Assembly (NCBI GenBank): GCA_002422315.1
Contig: DIUJ01000072.1
Location: 39,811 to 103,810, forward strand
Length of the DNA stretch: 64,000 bases
Direction of reading: 5' to 3'
DNA from: Bacteroidetes bacterium UBA6161
Lineage (GTDB): Bacteria; Bacteroidota; Bacteroidia; NS11-12g; UBA955
Part shown: piece by piece, positions 1 through 10,221 of the stretch
Position numbering within the stretch: position 1 is the first letter of the stretch
Layout of the letters: every line of letters starts with the position of its first letter
The notes under the pieces: generated by a model
Database searches by the model: none
The model's input: only the letters and a program-made list of their open reading frames with translations
Told to the model about the DNA's origin: nothing
Position numbers and translations under genes: made by a program

Positions 1-2
1 AA

Positions 3-428
3 GTAGAGCCTTTAAAGCCACTTTCTGAAGCAATTTTAGGCACCTGGAATGTTCCAAGCAGAGTTACTGATGGAACAGGAAAATTCATGGGGCTAGATAT
101 AGCAATAAAAGAAGAGGTTCTAAATTCAAAAATTAAAGCAACTTTTAAAACAGACGGTACTTTCACAATGGCTGGAGAATACCAAAGCAAAACAACAATT
201 ACAGCATTTGGTTCTTCAGAGACAGAAACCACAGACGAGGTTGAAGATACTAATGGTAATTTTAAAGTTATTTCCGACACTCAAATTGAAATAGGAGAGC
301 CAGGAGATGAGTTCGTGTATACTGTTACTGAAAGAACTAACAATAAAATTGTTTTAAGCGCTGAAGGGGAAGAAGAAGTAGATGGCGAAACAATAAAGTT
401 TAAAATAAACATGACATTGACTAAGTAA
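3..428 (+). CDS. lipocalin-like domain protein, 5' end cut by window edge
   Basis: The frame of ORF 87..428 stays open back to nt 3 (VEPLKPLSEAILGTWNV...). The ILGTWxV start motif and small beta-rich composition resemble Bacteroidota lipocalin-like proteins. A strong terminator follows. Confidence 0.45.
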   Translation, partial: VEPLKPLSEAILGTWNVPSRVTDGTGKFMGLDIAIKEEVLNSKIKATFKTDGTFTMAGEYQSKTTITAFGSSETETTDEVEDTNGNFKVISDTQIEIGEPGDEFVYTVTERTNNKIVLSAEGEEEVDGETIKFKINMTLTK

Positions 429-447
429 TCTAATACTTAGTTTTGAT

Positions 448-480
448 AGGCACTATAATTAATTTTATAGTGCCTTTTTT
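448..480 (+). terminator. rho-independent terminator
   Basis: Perfect 11-bp stem aggcactataa/ttatagtgcct with 6-nt loop, followed by a T6 run. Confidence 0.8.
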
Positions 481-518
481 GTTTAAAATGATTTGATTTG
501 CAGAATATATTTTAAAAA

Positions 519-1160
519 ATGAAAGAAGAATTAGCCCTTAAACTAAGCTTAAACTATCCAGAATTTGAAGAAGCACTTGTAAATGAAATAATTGAAAATG
601 CTTCTTACAAGGTTTTTGAAGCTGAAGAAATCCTTCTTAAATCAGGTGAACAAATTAAGAATACCATGCTAATCCTAAATGGAAGGGTAAAAATATACAG
701 GGAAGACGATGAAGGCAAAGAATATTTTATCTATTTTTTAGAACCCGGGAGCGCATGTGCGCTGTCCATTATGTGTGGTTTTAGAAATGAGAAAAGCCAG
801 ATTATGGCAAAAACAGAGGTACAGACAGAAGCCATTCTTTTGCCTTTTTTTCTAATTGAAAATTTAATGCGAAAATTTAACTCATGGAATAGATTTGTTG
901 TGGAAACTTATAGAAACAGATTTGAAGAACTCCTTCAAACTGTGGATCAAATAGCATTTAAAAGTTTGGACCAAAGGCTTATGGATTACTTAACAAAACA
1001 AACAGAAGTACATAACTCATATTTTTTACCGATTACCCATAGTCAAATAGCAGAAGATTTGAACAGTTCAAGAGAAGTAATTAGCAGATTGCTAAAAAAA
1101 TTAGAAAATAAGAATATAGTTCGATTGTCAAGAAATCAAATAGAAGTAATAAAAAAATAA
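519..1160 (+). CDS. Crp/Fnr family transcriptional regulator
   Basis: N-terminal cyclic-nucleotide-binding fold (ILNGRVKIYREDDEGKE...LEPGS). C-terminal Crp-type HTH (THSQIAEDLNSSREVISRLLKKLENKNIV). Confidence 0.85.
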   Translation: MKEELALKLSLNYPEFEEALVNEIIENASYKVFEAEEILLKSGEQIKNTMLILNGRVKIYREDDEGKEYFIYFLEPGSACALSIMCGFRNEKSQIMAKTEVQTEAILLPFFLIENLMRKFNSWNRFVVETYRNRFEELLQTVDQIAFKSLDQRLMDYLTKQTEVHNSYFLPITHSQIAEDLNSSREVISRLLKKLENKNIVRLSRNQIEVIKK

Positions 1161-1173
1161 TTTCTTTTTTACA

Positions 1174-1181
1174 TACTTTTG
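1174..1181 (+). promoter_or_regulatory. Bacteroidota -7 promoter element (TAnnTTTG)
   Basis: TACTTTTG ends 6 nt upstream of the ATG at 1187. Confidence 0.35.
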
Positions 1182-1186
1182 CAGAT

Positions 1187-1693
1187 ATGATTCAACGCAA
1201 ACAGAGCCTTTATTTATTGATTGGAATACTATCTTGTATTGGTTTTTTGGTGGGCAACCCAAAGTACGCAACCTTGTCTGGAAACTTAAAAGAAGACAAC
1301 TCCTTTGCATTGGCTAATGCAGAACTTAAATATACCTTCACCGAAGTTTACGACACCTCTTCGAACAATAAAGAATCAAAAGTAAAGGTAAACAATCAAT
1401 ACATCCATTTAACGCTATGGGCTTTAGTAGTTCTTAGTGTGATGGGTATCTTCTTGTTTAAAAACAGAGCATTGCAACTCCGATTAAGTTCCTATTTACT
1501 AATCTTTGACCTCTTGCTATTTTTTCTATTGTATTACCAAACCAATTATATAGGTTCTTTATTCTCAAATTTTGAGACACAATGGAATTACAATGCTTTT
1601 TTGGGAATACTATTACCCATTGTTCATATTTTGGCTATACGAGGAATAGTGCATGATATTAAGCTTTTAAAAGCAGTCGATAGATTGCGATAG
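1187..1693 (+). CDS. DUF4293 family membrane protein
   Basis: MIQRKQSLYLL N-terminus and a multi-TM layout typical of Bacteroidota DUF4293. Confidence 0.7.
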   Translation: MIQRKQSLYLLIGILSCIGFLVGNPKYATLSGNLKEDNSFALANAELKYTFTEVYDTSSNNKESKVKVNNQYIHLTLWALVVLSVMGIFLFKNRALQLRLSSYLLIFDLLLFFLLYYQTNYIGSLFSNFETQWNYNAFLGILLPIVHILAIRGIVHDIKLLKAVDRLR

Positions 1694-1699
1694 ATTAAC

Positions 1700-3277
1700 T
1701 TAGTTTCCAAAAATATTTGCTTCTGTATCCGAATCAGAATCCAAAAAAGGATTAACGATATCGCTTGTTGTAGTGTTACCAAAAATAGAGCTATCTGGCA
1801 AATTATTTTTCCAATCTTCGGGTTCATTCATTTTAGAACTCATGGAAATAACAGATGAAATTTGAGATTCTGAAAAATCGACAAAACGTTGAATGGAATT
1901 TTTGAAGAACAAATCTGCATCACCAGGGGAACCATTTCTATGTTTTCTAATAATTAACTTTGCCATGCCCCCATTACTTGGGCCACTATCTTCTTTGCCT
2001 GTATTATAGTAATCTTCTCTGTAAATAAAAGCTACCATGTCTGCATCCTGCTCTATAGAACCCGACTCCCTAAGGTCTGAAAGTTGAGGCATTTTATCTG
2101 CTCTTTTTTCAGTTTCACGACTTAACTGGGCAAGTGCAATAACAGGAACATTCAGCTCTTTTGCCAAAGTTTTTAAAGACCTAGAAATATAGCTAATCTC
2201 TTGTTCCCTATTCATTTTAGACTCTTTTACATCGTCTCCTTTCATGAGCTGCAAATAATCCACCATTATAAGGCCTATTTGATTTTGAGAATGTAGTCTT
2301 CTCGCTTTTGCTTTTAATTCAAAAACCGACAAACTTGGGGTGTCGTCTATATAAATAGGTGCCTTGGAAAGGGACTGTGTTTTGGTAATAAGTTGCTGCC
2401 ATTGGTGCTCTTGTAGGTTTCCTTTCCTAAGGTCTTCCGAGGAAATTTCGGCCTCAGCAGAAATCAACCTTGTAACCAATTGAACTGCAGACATTTCTAG
2501 AGAAAAGAAAGCAACAGGAACATTGGCATATAGAGCGGCATTCCTTAGCATGGTTAATGCAAAAGCGGTTTTACCCATACCCGGCCTACCCGCCAATATA
2601 ATTAAATCAGAATTTTGCCAACCGCTAGTAATTCTATCTATACTTGCTATACCACTTGGCACTCCAGTTACATCACTATTGGTTTTGGTATTTGCTTCTA
2701 TCTGTTTCAAAGCCTTGGTTACAAGCGTATCTATACCTACATAATTCCGCTTCATCCCTTGGTTCTTTATTTCGTATATTCTTTTTTCGGTGTCATCCAA
2801 AAGAGCAAAGGCATCTGCATTAAATTCATAAGCATCTCTAATCGTCTCGCCTGCAATTTTTATCAATTCTCTTTGAACAAACTTTTCTAGAATAATATGG
2901 GCATGGTATTCAATATTTGCAGAAGAAGTTACCTTTAGGGTTAACTCAGAAACATAAAATTCACCTCCAACAATTTCTAATTTTTCCATTGCCCTTAGCT
3001 TTTCAATTACCATGAGCACATCTATGGGTTCATTTCTATCAAAAAGCTGCTGAATAGCTTTAAATATAAATTGGTTTTTCTCCGAATAAAAATAATCTAC
3101 TTTAAGCACATCTTGCACTCTAATTAAAGCATCTTTATCAAGCATTAATGCACCTAAGACTGCTTCCTCTAAATCTGGAACTGAAGGTGGTTTTCTGCCC
3201 ATTGTATCGATAGCTGTTACCAAACTCTCTTTCACTTTTGATTGCCTAAAATTGCTCTTGTTTTTATTTCCATCCAT
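1700..3277 (-). CDS. dnaB: replicative DNA helicase DnaB
   Basis: DnaB N-domain (PPSVPDLEEAVLGALMLD), Walker A GRPGMGKTAF, Walker B MVDYLQLM, and SGSIEQDADMV. Carries an acidic C-terminal tail of about 60 aa. Confidence 0.97.
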   Translation of the reverse strand: MDGNKNKSNFRQSKVKESLVTAIDTMGRKPPSVPDLEEAVLGALMLDKDALIRVQDVLKVDYFYSEKNQFIFKAIQQLFDRNEPIDVLMVIEKLRAMEKLEIVGGEFYVSELTLKVTSSANIEYHAHIILEKFVQRELIKIAGETIRDAYEFNADAFALLDDTEKRIYEIKNQGMKRNYVGIDTLVTKALKQIEANTKTNSDVTGVPSGIASIDRITSGWQNSDLIILAGRPGMGKTAFALTMLRNAALYANVPVAFFSLEMSAVQLVTRLISAEAEISSEDLRKGNLQEHQWQQLITKTQSLSKAPIYIDDTPSLSVFELKAKARRLHSQNQIGLIMVDYLQLMKGDDVKESKMNREQEISYISRSLKTLAKELNVPVIALAQLSRETEKRADKMPQLSDLRESGSIEQDADMVAFIYREDYYNTGKEDSGPSNGGMAKLIIRKHRNGSPGDADLFFKNSIQRFVDFSESQISSVISMSSKMNEPEDWKNNLPDSSIFGNTTTSDIVNPFLDSDSDTEANIFGN

Positions 3278-3337
3278 ACTTCCTGCAAATTTATTCCAAA
3301 ATTATGTAAACATAACAGGAAAGAAGGGAATATATCT

Positions 3338-3346
3338 TTATCCACA
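3338..3346 (+). promoter_or_regulatory. perfect DnaA box TTATCCACA
   Basis: Exact 9-mer consensus in the dnaB-clpC intergenic region. Confidence 0.6.
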
Positions 3347-3387
3347 AATGGATTAGAAAACTTGATAACTTGTGTATATTGTCAGGT

Positions 3388-3396
3388 TTATCCACA
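3388..3396 (+). promoter_or_regulatory. perfect DnaA box TTATCCACA
   Basis: Second exact 9-mer, same orientation, 50 bp from the first. Confidence 0.6.
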
Positions 3397-3608
3397 TTTC
3401 GTATGGCAGCAAACAATAAAAAAGGAAAAATAGAGACAAAAAGTCACTCGAGGATGCAAGAACAATCTTGGCACAATTGTGTTAAAATGGTAATGTAAAT
3501 TAATTTTCCACTTTAAATGTTTGTAACAATTGAGACGCTGTACAACAGATTCGACAAAACAAAACGATAATGTAAGAAAAATTAAACGACACTAGCAAAA
3601 ATAATCAA

Positions 3609-3616
3609 TATATTTG
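3609..3616 (+). promoter_or_regulatory. Bacteroidota -7 promoter element
   Basis: TATATTTG lies 24 nt upstream of the clpC ATG. Confidence 0.4.
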
Positions 3617-3639
3617 AACTTTAAACCCATTCACAAAAC

Positions 3640-6171
3640 ATGGAAGCCAAATTTTCACCACGAGTAAAAGAAGTAATACAGTTTAGTAGAGAAGAAGCTA
3701 TTAGGCTAGGCCACGACTATATAGGCCCTGAACACTTGCTACTAGGTATTGTTAGAGAAGGAGAAGGAAAAGCACTACAAACTTTGAAATCCCTTGATAT
3801 TGAAATACTAAGAATAAAAAAATCTTTGGAAGATACCATCAAAAATACCGCTGGTAAAAACCTAAACCTTGGAAACCTTCCGCTAACTAGACAAGCTGAA
3901 AAAGCCTTAAAAATAACTTATTTAGAGGCTAAAATGTTCAAAACAGATATTATTGGAACAGAGCATTTGTTGCTCTCTATACTTAGAGACGAAGACAATA
4001 TTGCAACAGAAATTCTTATGCAATTTGGAATAACCTACGAGGTTTTTAAAAATGCCCTTGAAGATGGTATACCCGGATTTAATCAAAACCCTACCGCAGA
4101 AAAGTCAGAAGACCATGGGGATATGGAAGAAAATCAGTTCAATGAAGATAAAAAGATTGAAGATTTAAAAAAGAAGAATACCAAATCTAAAACCCCAGTT
4201 CTGGATAACTTTGGTAGAGACTTAACTACAGATGCAACAGAAGGGAAACTAGACCCCGTAATAGGAAGAGAAAAAGAAATTGAAAGAGTTTCTCAAATCC
4301 TATCCAGAAGAAAGAAAAACAATCCCGTTCTAATCGGGGAACCAGGGGTGGGAAAAACTGCAATTGCAGAAGGACTTGCGCTAAGAATAGTGCAAAGAAA
4401 AGTTTCAAGGGTATTGTACAACAAAAGAGTGGTAACCCTAGATCTTGCTTCCTTGGTTGCAGGAACCAAATACAGGGGCCAATTTGAAGAAAGAATTAAA
4501 GCGATAATGACAGAACTTGAAAAAAGTGATGATGTTATCCTTTTTATAGATGAAATTCATACACTTGTGGGAGCAGGAGGGGCAAGCGGTTCTCTAGATG
4601 CATCCAATATGTTTAAACCAGCTTTGGCCAGAGGCGATATCCAATGTATTGGTGCTACAACCTTAGACGAGTACCGTCAATATATAGAAAAAGACGGAGC
4701 GCTTGAAAGGAGGTTTCAGATGGTGATGGTAGAACCAGCAAGCCCAGAGGAAAGCTTAGAAATTCTTAAAAACATAAGGAACAAATACGAAGACCACCAC
4801 TCAGTTTCCTATACTGATGCCGCCCTAGAAGCTTGTGTAAACCTTTCTGTTAGATATATTACAGACAGATTTTTGCCAGATAAAGCAATAGACGTTCTAG
4901 ACGAAGCCGGAGCGAGGGTTCATATTTCCAACATACATGTACCTACAGAAATTCTAGAACTCGAAAACCAAATTGAAGAGGTAAAATTAGAGAAAATCAG
5001 AGTTGTAAAAACCCAAAATTACGAGGAAGCTGCAAAACTTAGGGACACTGAAAAGAACTTACTAAAGCAATTGGATTTAGCTAAAACTAAATGGGATGAA
5101 GAAAGTAAAAACAACAAATATCTTGTAAGTGAAGACGATGTTGCCGAAGTTATAGCCATGATGACAGGTATTCCTGTTAAAAGAATTGCACAAGGTGAAG
5201 GAGCAAAACTCTTAAACATGGAAAACGAGCTAAAGGCCAAAGTTATAGGACAAGAAAAAGCAATAGTAAAACTTGCTAAAGCTATTCAAAGAACTAGGGC
5301 TGGCCTTAAAGACCCAAACAAACCAATTGGTTCTTTTATTTTCTTAGGCCCAACAGGTGTTGGGAAAACAGAATTAGCTAAAGCAATGAGCGAGTATATG
5401 TTTGATAGTAGAGACTCCTTAATTAGAATAGACATGAGTGAATATATGGAAAAATTCGCTGTATCTAGGCTTGTAGGAGCGCCTCCGGGATATGTTGGCT
5501 ACGAAGAAGGAGGAATTCTTACCGAAAAAGTAAGACGTAAACCTTATGCAGTTATTCTGTTTGATGAAATCGAAAAAGCACATCAAGATGTTTTTAATCT
5601 GTTACTACAAGTTTTAGATGAAGGCTTCCTGACCGACAGTTTAGGCCGTAAAATAGATTTTAGAAATACCGTTATTATCATGACCTCAAATATTGGATCT
5701 AGGCATCTAAAAGACTTCGGAACTGGTGTTGGATTTTCTACGGGTAACAAAGTAGCAAATACAGAAAAAGATAGCAAGCATATTATTGAATCAGCACTTA
5801 AAAAATTCTTTAGCCCTGAATTTCTAAATAGAGTAGACGATATTATCGTTTTCAAAAGCCTTGAAAAAGAGGATATTATTAAGATTTTAGATGTGAACAT
5901 GATAAAAATGCTCAGAAGAATTAATAACCTTGGGATTGAAATAGATATAAATACAGAAGCAAAAGAATTTCTAGCTGAAAAAGGATTTGATCCAGAATTT
6001 GGTGCAAGACCTTTGCAAAGAGCACTACAAAAATATGTAGAAGACCCACTGGCAGAAGAAATACTTAAGGGAGAAGCAGTAGATGGTACCAAAATTAAAG
6101 TTGGAATGAATAAAGATAAGACGGAACTTAAATTCACTTTAGACAACAAAAAAGCTAAAAATAATTCTTGA
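3640..6171 (+). CDS. clpC: ATP-dependent Clp protease ATP-binding subunit, ClpC-type
   Basis: Two Clp_N repeats ([20 protein letters not shown]). Two AAA+ modules with Walker [11 protein letters not shown] and [13 protein letters not shown]-like linker [14 protein letters not shown]. Confidence 0.93.
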   Translation: MEAKFSPRVKEVIQFSREEAIRLGHDYIGPEHLLLGIVREGEGKALQTLKSLDIEILRIKKSLEDTIKNTAGKNLNLGNLPLTRQAEKALKITYLEAKMFKTDIIGTEHLLLSILRDEDNIATEILMQFGITYEVFKNALEDGIPGFNQNPTAEKSEDHGDMEENQFNEDKKIEDLKKKNTKSKTPVLDNFGRDLTTDATEGKLDPVIGREKEIERVSQILSRRKKNNPVLIGEPGVGKTAIAEGLALRIVQRKVSRVLYNKRVVTLDLASLVAGTKYRGQFEERIKAIMTELEKSDDVILFIDEIHTLVGAGGASGSLDASNMFKPALARGDIQCIGATTLDEYRQYIEKDGALERRFQMVMVEPASPEESLEILKNIRNKYEDHHSVSYTDAALEACVNLSVRYITDRFLPDKAIDVLDEAGARVHISNIHVPTEILELENQIEEVKLEKIRVVKTQNYEEAAKLRDTEKNLLKQLDLAKTKWDEESKNNKYLVSEDDVAEVIAMMTGIPVKRIAQGEGAKLLNMENELKAKVIGQEKAIVKLAKAIQRTRAGLKDPNKPIGSFIFLGPTGVGKTELAKAMSEYMFDSRDSLIRIDMSEYMEKFAVSRLVGAPPGYVGYEEGGILTEKVRRKPYAVILFDEIEKAHQDVFNLLLQVLDEGFLTDSLGRKIDFRNTVIIMTSNIGSRHLKDFGTGVGFSTGNKVANTEKDSKHIIESALKKFFSPEFLNRVDDIIVFKSLEKEDIIKILDVNMIKMLRRINNLGIEIDINTEAKEFLAEKGFDPEFGARPLQRALQKYVEDPLAEEILKGEAVDGTKIKVGMNKDKTELKFTLDNKKAKNNS

Positions 6172-6199
6172 AAATAAAGGGGCCTAAGCCCCTTTATTT
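6172..6199 (+). terminator. rho-independent terminator
   Basis: 12-bp stem aaataaaggggc/gcccctttattt with loop ctaa, starting immediately after the clpC stop. Confidence 0.8.
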
Positions 6200-6241
6200 A
6201 TTTAAGAAAATAATTTCTCTTGTCGGAGTCATTTATTATCA

Positions 6242-6249
6242 TACTTTTG
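6242..6249 (+). promoter_or_regulatory. Bacteroidota -7 promoter element
   Basis: TACTTTTG lies 20 nt upstream of the ATG at 6269. Confidence 0.4.
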
Positions 6250-6268
6250 TTCTATAAAAAAGTGTCGT

Positions 6269-7978
6269 ATGAATAGACGTCAATTTTTAAACATACAAAC
6301 CCAAGACAAGAAAAAGGAAAAGATTGTAGAAATCGAACCTGATTTAACTCAATCCATCAATCCTTATTCTAATAAAAAACTACCTGATGGTTTAGAAATT
6401 TTATCTTATAGTATTCTCCCATATAATGGCAATTGGGACACAAAACATGTTGCTCATTTATTAAGAAGAACTACTTTTGGGTTTAGACCCTCTGATCTTA
6501 GGAACTTTAAGAATAAGTCTTTAAATGATGCAGTTTCTGCGATAATTGATTTTGTAGACTATACTCCTGCCCCGCCATTAAATAACTACAGTTCCCCTTC
6601 GGTTATAGACCCCAATATTCCTTTAGGACAAACATGGGTAAACGACAGTTTTACTCCGCCAAACCTTACTGCTCCTAGATTTTTATCTTTCAAATCTTGG
6701 GCTACGGGGCAACTGATAAACCAAGAATGCAATATCAGAGAAAAAATGACTCAGTTTTGGCACAATCACTTTGCTGTAGAAGCAGAAGTAGTTCAAGATG
6801 GTCGTTTTTTATACAAGTATAACCAATTTTTAAGAGGTCAATGTTTAGGTAATTTTAAGAACATGGTTAAAACCATAAGTAAAGACCCTTCCATGTTGTA
6901 TTACTTAAATGGCTATAAAAACACAAAAAATGCACCTGATGAAAACTATGCAAGAGAACTAATGGAACTATTTACATTAGGCAAGGGTGCAGACTCAAAC
7001 TATACTGAAGATGATGTAAAACAAGCCGCTAGAGTTCTTACTGGATGGAGAATTAATATAAGCACTGTGGAATCTAATTTCCAACCAACACTTCACGACA
7101 CACAAAATAAAACCTTCTCTGGTTTTTTTAACAACCAAACCATAGTAGGGCGAATAGGGGCAGATGGAGCACTTGAAAAAGATGAGTTAATAGACATGAT
7201 TTTCATGCATGCAGATGTGATTTCAAAACACTTATGTCGTAAATTGTACCGTTATTTTTGTTATTACAATATAACTGAACAAACTGAAACAAATGTAATA
7301 GAACCTCTTGCTCAATTTTTGGTACAATCCAATTGGGAAATCAAACCAGTAATTCAAAAACTGCTTCTCAGTGAACATTTTTATGATATCAATAGCAAAG
7401 GATGTTACATCAAAAATCCATTTGACTTTGTTGTTGGATTTACAAAAGCTTTCCAAACAAAATTTACAACTGATTTAGCAAAAAACTATTCAAGTTTGTT
7501 GTTGGTGAATTCTTTTACCACTAGCCAAGGGCTAAATTATTTCGACCCCCCAAGCGTTGCTGGCTGGCCAGCATACCATCAGTCGCCCCAGTACCATCAA
7601 ATTTGGATAAATTCAGACACCCTTACCAAAAGAAAACAACTCATTGAAATTTTACTAAGTAGCAACGGCATTGCAACACCTACCATAGACATAAAAACCG
7701 ACATTGTGGAATTTGTTTCTATATTAGAAAACCCCTCAAATCCAGTTGAATTAATCAATGAAAGTTTAGAAATATTGTATGCTATCGACATCTCCTCCAC
7801 AAAAAAAACAGAATTAAAGAGCATATTACTTAGCGGGCAAAGCCAAGATTTTTATTGGACAGATTTATGGCAAACATACCAACAAAATAAAACCACAGAG
7901 AACAAACAGATGGTATATATACGTTTGTATTCTTTGTTTCAGCATCTTTTAAGTTTACCCGAATACCAACTAGCCTAA
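6269..7978 (+). CDS. DUF1800 family protein
   Basis: WHNHFAV, MLYYLNG and ELMELFTLG core motifs. Paired with a downstream DUF1501 gene as is usual for this family. The N-terminus has NRRQFL but no hydrophobic h-region. Confidence 0.8.
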   Translation: MNRRQFLNIQTQDKKKEKIVEIEPDLTQSINPYSNKKLPDGLEILSYSILPYNGNWDTKHVAHLLRRTTFGFRPSDLRNFKNKSLNDAVSAIIDFVDYTPAPPLNNYSSPSVIDPNIPLGQTWVNDSFTPPNLTAPRFLSFKSWATGQLINQECNIREKMTQFWHNHFAVEAEVVQDGRFLYKYNQFLRGQCLGNFKNMVKTISKDPSMLYYLNGYKNTKNAPDENYARELMELFTLGKGADSNYTEDDVKQAARVLTGWRINISTVESNFQPTLHDTQNKTFSGFFNNQTIVGRIGADGALEKDELIDMIFMHADVISKHLCRKLYRYFCYYNITEQTETNVIEPLAQFLVQSNWEIKPVIQKLLLSEHFYDINSKGCYIKNPFDFVVGFTKAFQTKFTTDLAKNYSSLLLVNSFTTSQGLNYFDPPSVAGWPAYHQSPQYHQIWINSDTLTKRKQLIEILLSSNGIATPTIDIKTDIVEFVSILENPSNPVELINESLEILYAIDISSTKKTELKSILLSGQSQDFYWTDLWQTYQQNKTTENKQMVYIRLYSLFQHLLSLPEYQLA

Positions 7979-7985
7979 ATACAAA

Positions 7986-9560
7986 ATGAAAAGAAGAGAT
8001 TTTTTAAAGGCAACTAGTGCTACTCTATTACCAATAGCCCTAAATGGCTTACCTATTAACACGTTTGCAGGTACTCCCCTTTTAAAAGCTATAGCTAAAT
8101 CATCCTCCAAAAACGGTAGAGTACTGGTATTAATTCAGTTAAACGGTGGCAATGATGGTTTAAATACACTTATTCCAATAGACCAATATTCAAAACTAAA
8201 TACGGCTAGGAGTAATGTGCTTATAAAAGAGAATAGAATTCTACCTCTAGAAGGTACAGACAAAACAGGGTTTCACCCTTCCATGCTTCAAATGAAAAAC
8301 ATGTTTGACCATGGTTTTATGTCGGTAATACAAGACGTAGGATACCCAAATCCTGACTTTTCACATTTTAGGAGTACAGATATTTGGATGAGTGGTTCAA
8401 GTTCGGATGAGTATTTAAAGAGTGGTTGGCTTGGTAGAATGCTAGAAAATGAATACCCCGAGTACCCAGATGAATATCCCAATGCTGAAATGCCAGATCC
8501 TTTAGCCCTTCAAATTGGCTATGGTCTCTCTCTGACTTTGGTTGGGGAACACCACTCCATGGGACTGGCTGTTTCGGACACCAACTATATATACCAAATG
8601 GTAAACGGCACCGTGGACCCTGCTCCACCTACCCCCGCAGGACACGAACTTACCTATATAAGACTTGTAGCACAGCAAACAGAAGCATACTCAGTAGCTA
8701 TTAAAAATGCAGCAGAGAAAGGCAATAACCTAGGTACAAAATATCCCAATAGAAATAGTCTTGCAGACCAATTAAAAATTGTTGCAAAACTAATCTCAGG
8801 GGGGTTAAAAACCCCAGTGTATATGGTATCTATAGGAGGTTTCGACACCCATGCAAACCAAGTAGACGCCTCCGATACTGCTATAGGTGCGCATGCTAAT
8901 TTATTAACACAGGTCTCTGAAGCCATATCTGCCTTCCAAGACGACTGTTCAAGGCTAGGAATAGCAGACAAGGTATGCGGCATGACTTTTTCAGAATTTG
9001 GTAGAAGAATTAAATCCAATGGCAGCATCGGAACAGACCATGGCACAGCTGCGCCTATGTTTGTTTTTGGTTCCAAAGTAAACCCCGGCATTATAGGTCA
9101 AAACCCAAACATACCCTCTAATGCAACGGTAAACGACAACCTGCCAATGCAATACGACTACAGACAGGTGTATTGGACCATTATAAAAGATTGGTTTCAA
9201 ATAGCAGACACTGAGATTCAAAACAATATTTTGTTTAATTCCTTTACCCCTCTGCCTATATTTAGTCAAACCTTAGGGTTAAATAAAACAGAGGAGAACA
9301 AAGAAGGTCTAGTTCATATACAATGCTACCCAAATCCTTTTACAAGCTACACAATGGTAGAGTTTTATAGCTTTGGGGGATACTGCGAAATAAAACTTTT
9401 CGACAACCAAGGCAAACAAATAAGCACCCTAAGTGCCCAAGTATATCCTAAAGGAAAACAGAATTTGAAATTAGATAGCTATGCATATAAGCCAGGCAAC
9501 TACTACTTACAAATAATCACAGCACTTGGTCGAAAAACAATTCCTATAATCAAGGTTTAG
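7986..9560 (+). CDS. DUF1501 family protein with Tat leader and T9SS type A C-terminal domain
   Basis: MKRRDFLKATSATLL... twin-arginine leader. GGFDTH and GTDHG motifs of the DUF1501/sulfatase-like fold. C-terminal YPNPF...GNYYLQI...IPIIKV sorting domain. Confidence 0.85.
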   Translation: MKRRDFLKATSATLLPIALNGLPINTFAGTPLLKAIAKSSSKNGRVLVLIQLNGGNDGLNTLIPIDQYSKLNTARSNVLIKENRILPLEGTDKTGFHPSMLQMKNMFDHGFMSVIQDVGYPNPDFSHFRSTDIWMSGSSSDEYLKSGWLGRMLENEYPEYPDEYPNAEMPDPLALQIGYGLSLTLVGEHHSMGLAVSDTNYIYQMVNGTVDPAPPTPAGHELTYIRLVAQQTEAYSVAIKNAAEKGNNLGTKYPNRNSLADQLKIVAKLISGGLKTPVYMVSIGGFDTHANQVDASDTAIGAHANLLTQVSEAISAFQDDCSRLGIADKVCGMTFSEFGRRIKSNGSIGTDHGTAAPMFVFGSKVNPGIIGQNPNIPSNATVNDNLPMQYDYRQVYWTIIKDWFQIADTEIQNNILFNSFTPLPIFSQTLGLNKTEENKEGLVHIQCYPNPFTSYTMVEFYSFGGYCEIKLFDNQGKQISTLSAQVYPKGKQNLKLDSYAYKPGNYYLQIITALGRKTIPIIKV

Positions 9561-9767
9561 ATATAACAGATTTAAGGCCTCCTATTGCTCATACCCTATC
9601 AACCTTATATACCTTACTTTTATAAGTGATATTAATATTAATCTCGACACATCAACATCATAATTGAGACTAAACTACAATGGCATTAAATTTTCAGATT
9701 AGAAAAAATCTAAAACTGATTTCAAACTATACTAGACAGACACATTTGGACTTTTTAATGATAAACC

Positions 9768-10001
9768 ATGAAAACTGAAAAAGACGACTTTATAACAAAA
9801 AAACTTGGATTTGAGGCAATGTTATATTGCCTTAAAGCATATTGGGAGAATAGCGGTTCTAAAGATTTGACAGATGTTTTAAGTGGTGGTGAATACAGGA
9901 ACGGTACAGACGAGCCAGCAGATACTGCATTTTGGGAATATTGGACAGAAGCCATTGAGAGAGTAAAAACGGAAGGCCCAATGTATAAGCAACTAAAATA
10001 A
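9768..10001 (+). CDS. hypothetical small acidic Trp-rich protein
   Basis: 77-aa ORF with ATG start, isolated in a 730-bp low-coding spacer. I recognise no family. Confidence 0.35.
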   Translation: MKTEKDDFITKKLGFEAMLYCLKAYWENSGSKDLTDVLSGGEYRNGTDEPADTAFWEYWTEAIERVKTEGPMYKQLK

Positions 10002-10213
10002 AAACTTCATTTAAAATTCGCAACTATTTCTCTTGAGGCTAACAAAGTGCACATCACATATAAAACTTACAAACTTTAACTTTAACTTTTCTAATCAAAA
10101 AACCACTTTTTTAGAAGCACTTTTAACTTGTTAAATTTATAAAAATTCTCAGGTTAACATTCTCATAGTTAAAATATATTCGCTAAAATAGCTTTTAATG
10201 TAGCAGTTTTTAT

Positions 10214-10221
10214 TATTTTTG
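10214..10221 (+). promoter_or_regulatory. Bacteroidota -7 promoter element
   Basis: TATTTTTG upstream of the YqiJ-like/flotillin operon. Confidence 0.3.

Noticed and set aside
3278-3639. Chromosomal origin (oriC) at the dnaB-clpC spacer
   Set aside because: There are only two perfect and one weak DnaA box, and no clear array of AT-rich 13-mers. I cannot assess genome-wide GC skew from one window, so I kept it as a DnaA-regulatory-site finding instead.
5583-6149. 188-aa ORF antisense to clpC
   Set aside because: It lies entirely inside a very well supported CDS. It has a low-complexity Ser/Leu/Phe-rich translation typical of shadow ORFs opposite GAA/AAA-rich coding sequence.
8288-9269. Several 64-145-aa antisense ORFs within the DUF1501 gene
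   Set aside because: They overlap a CDS with clear family motifs, and none has motifs or a plausible start context.
10072-10089. (AACTTT)x3 tandem hexamer
   Set aside because: It is too short and AT-rich to be meaningful. A similar aactttaacttt string also occurs at about 29560.
9697-10096. 10-bp inverted repeat (GATTAGAAAA / TTTTCTAATC) flanking the orphan 77-aa ORF
   Set aside because: For an AT-only-rich 10-mer between two ~250-bp AT-rich flanks, I estimate about one chance match. That is not significant, unlike the 13-mer at 12538/13103.
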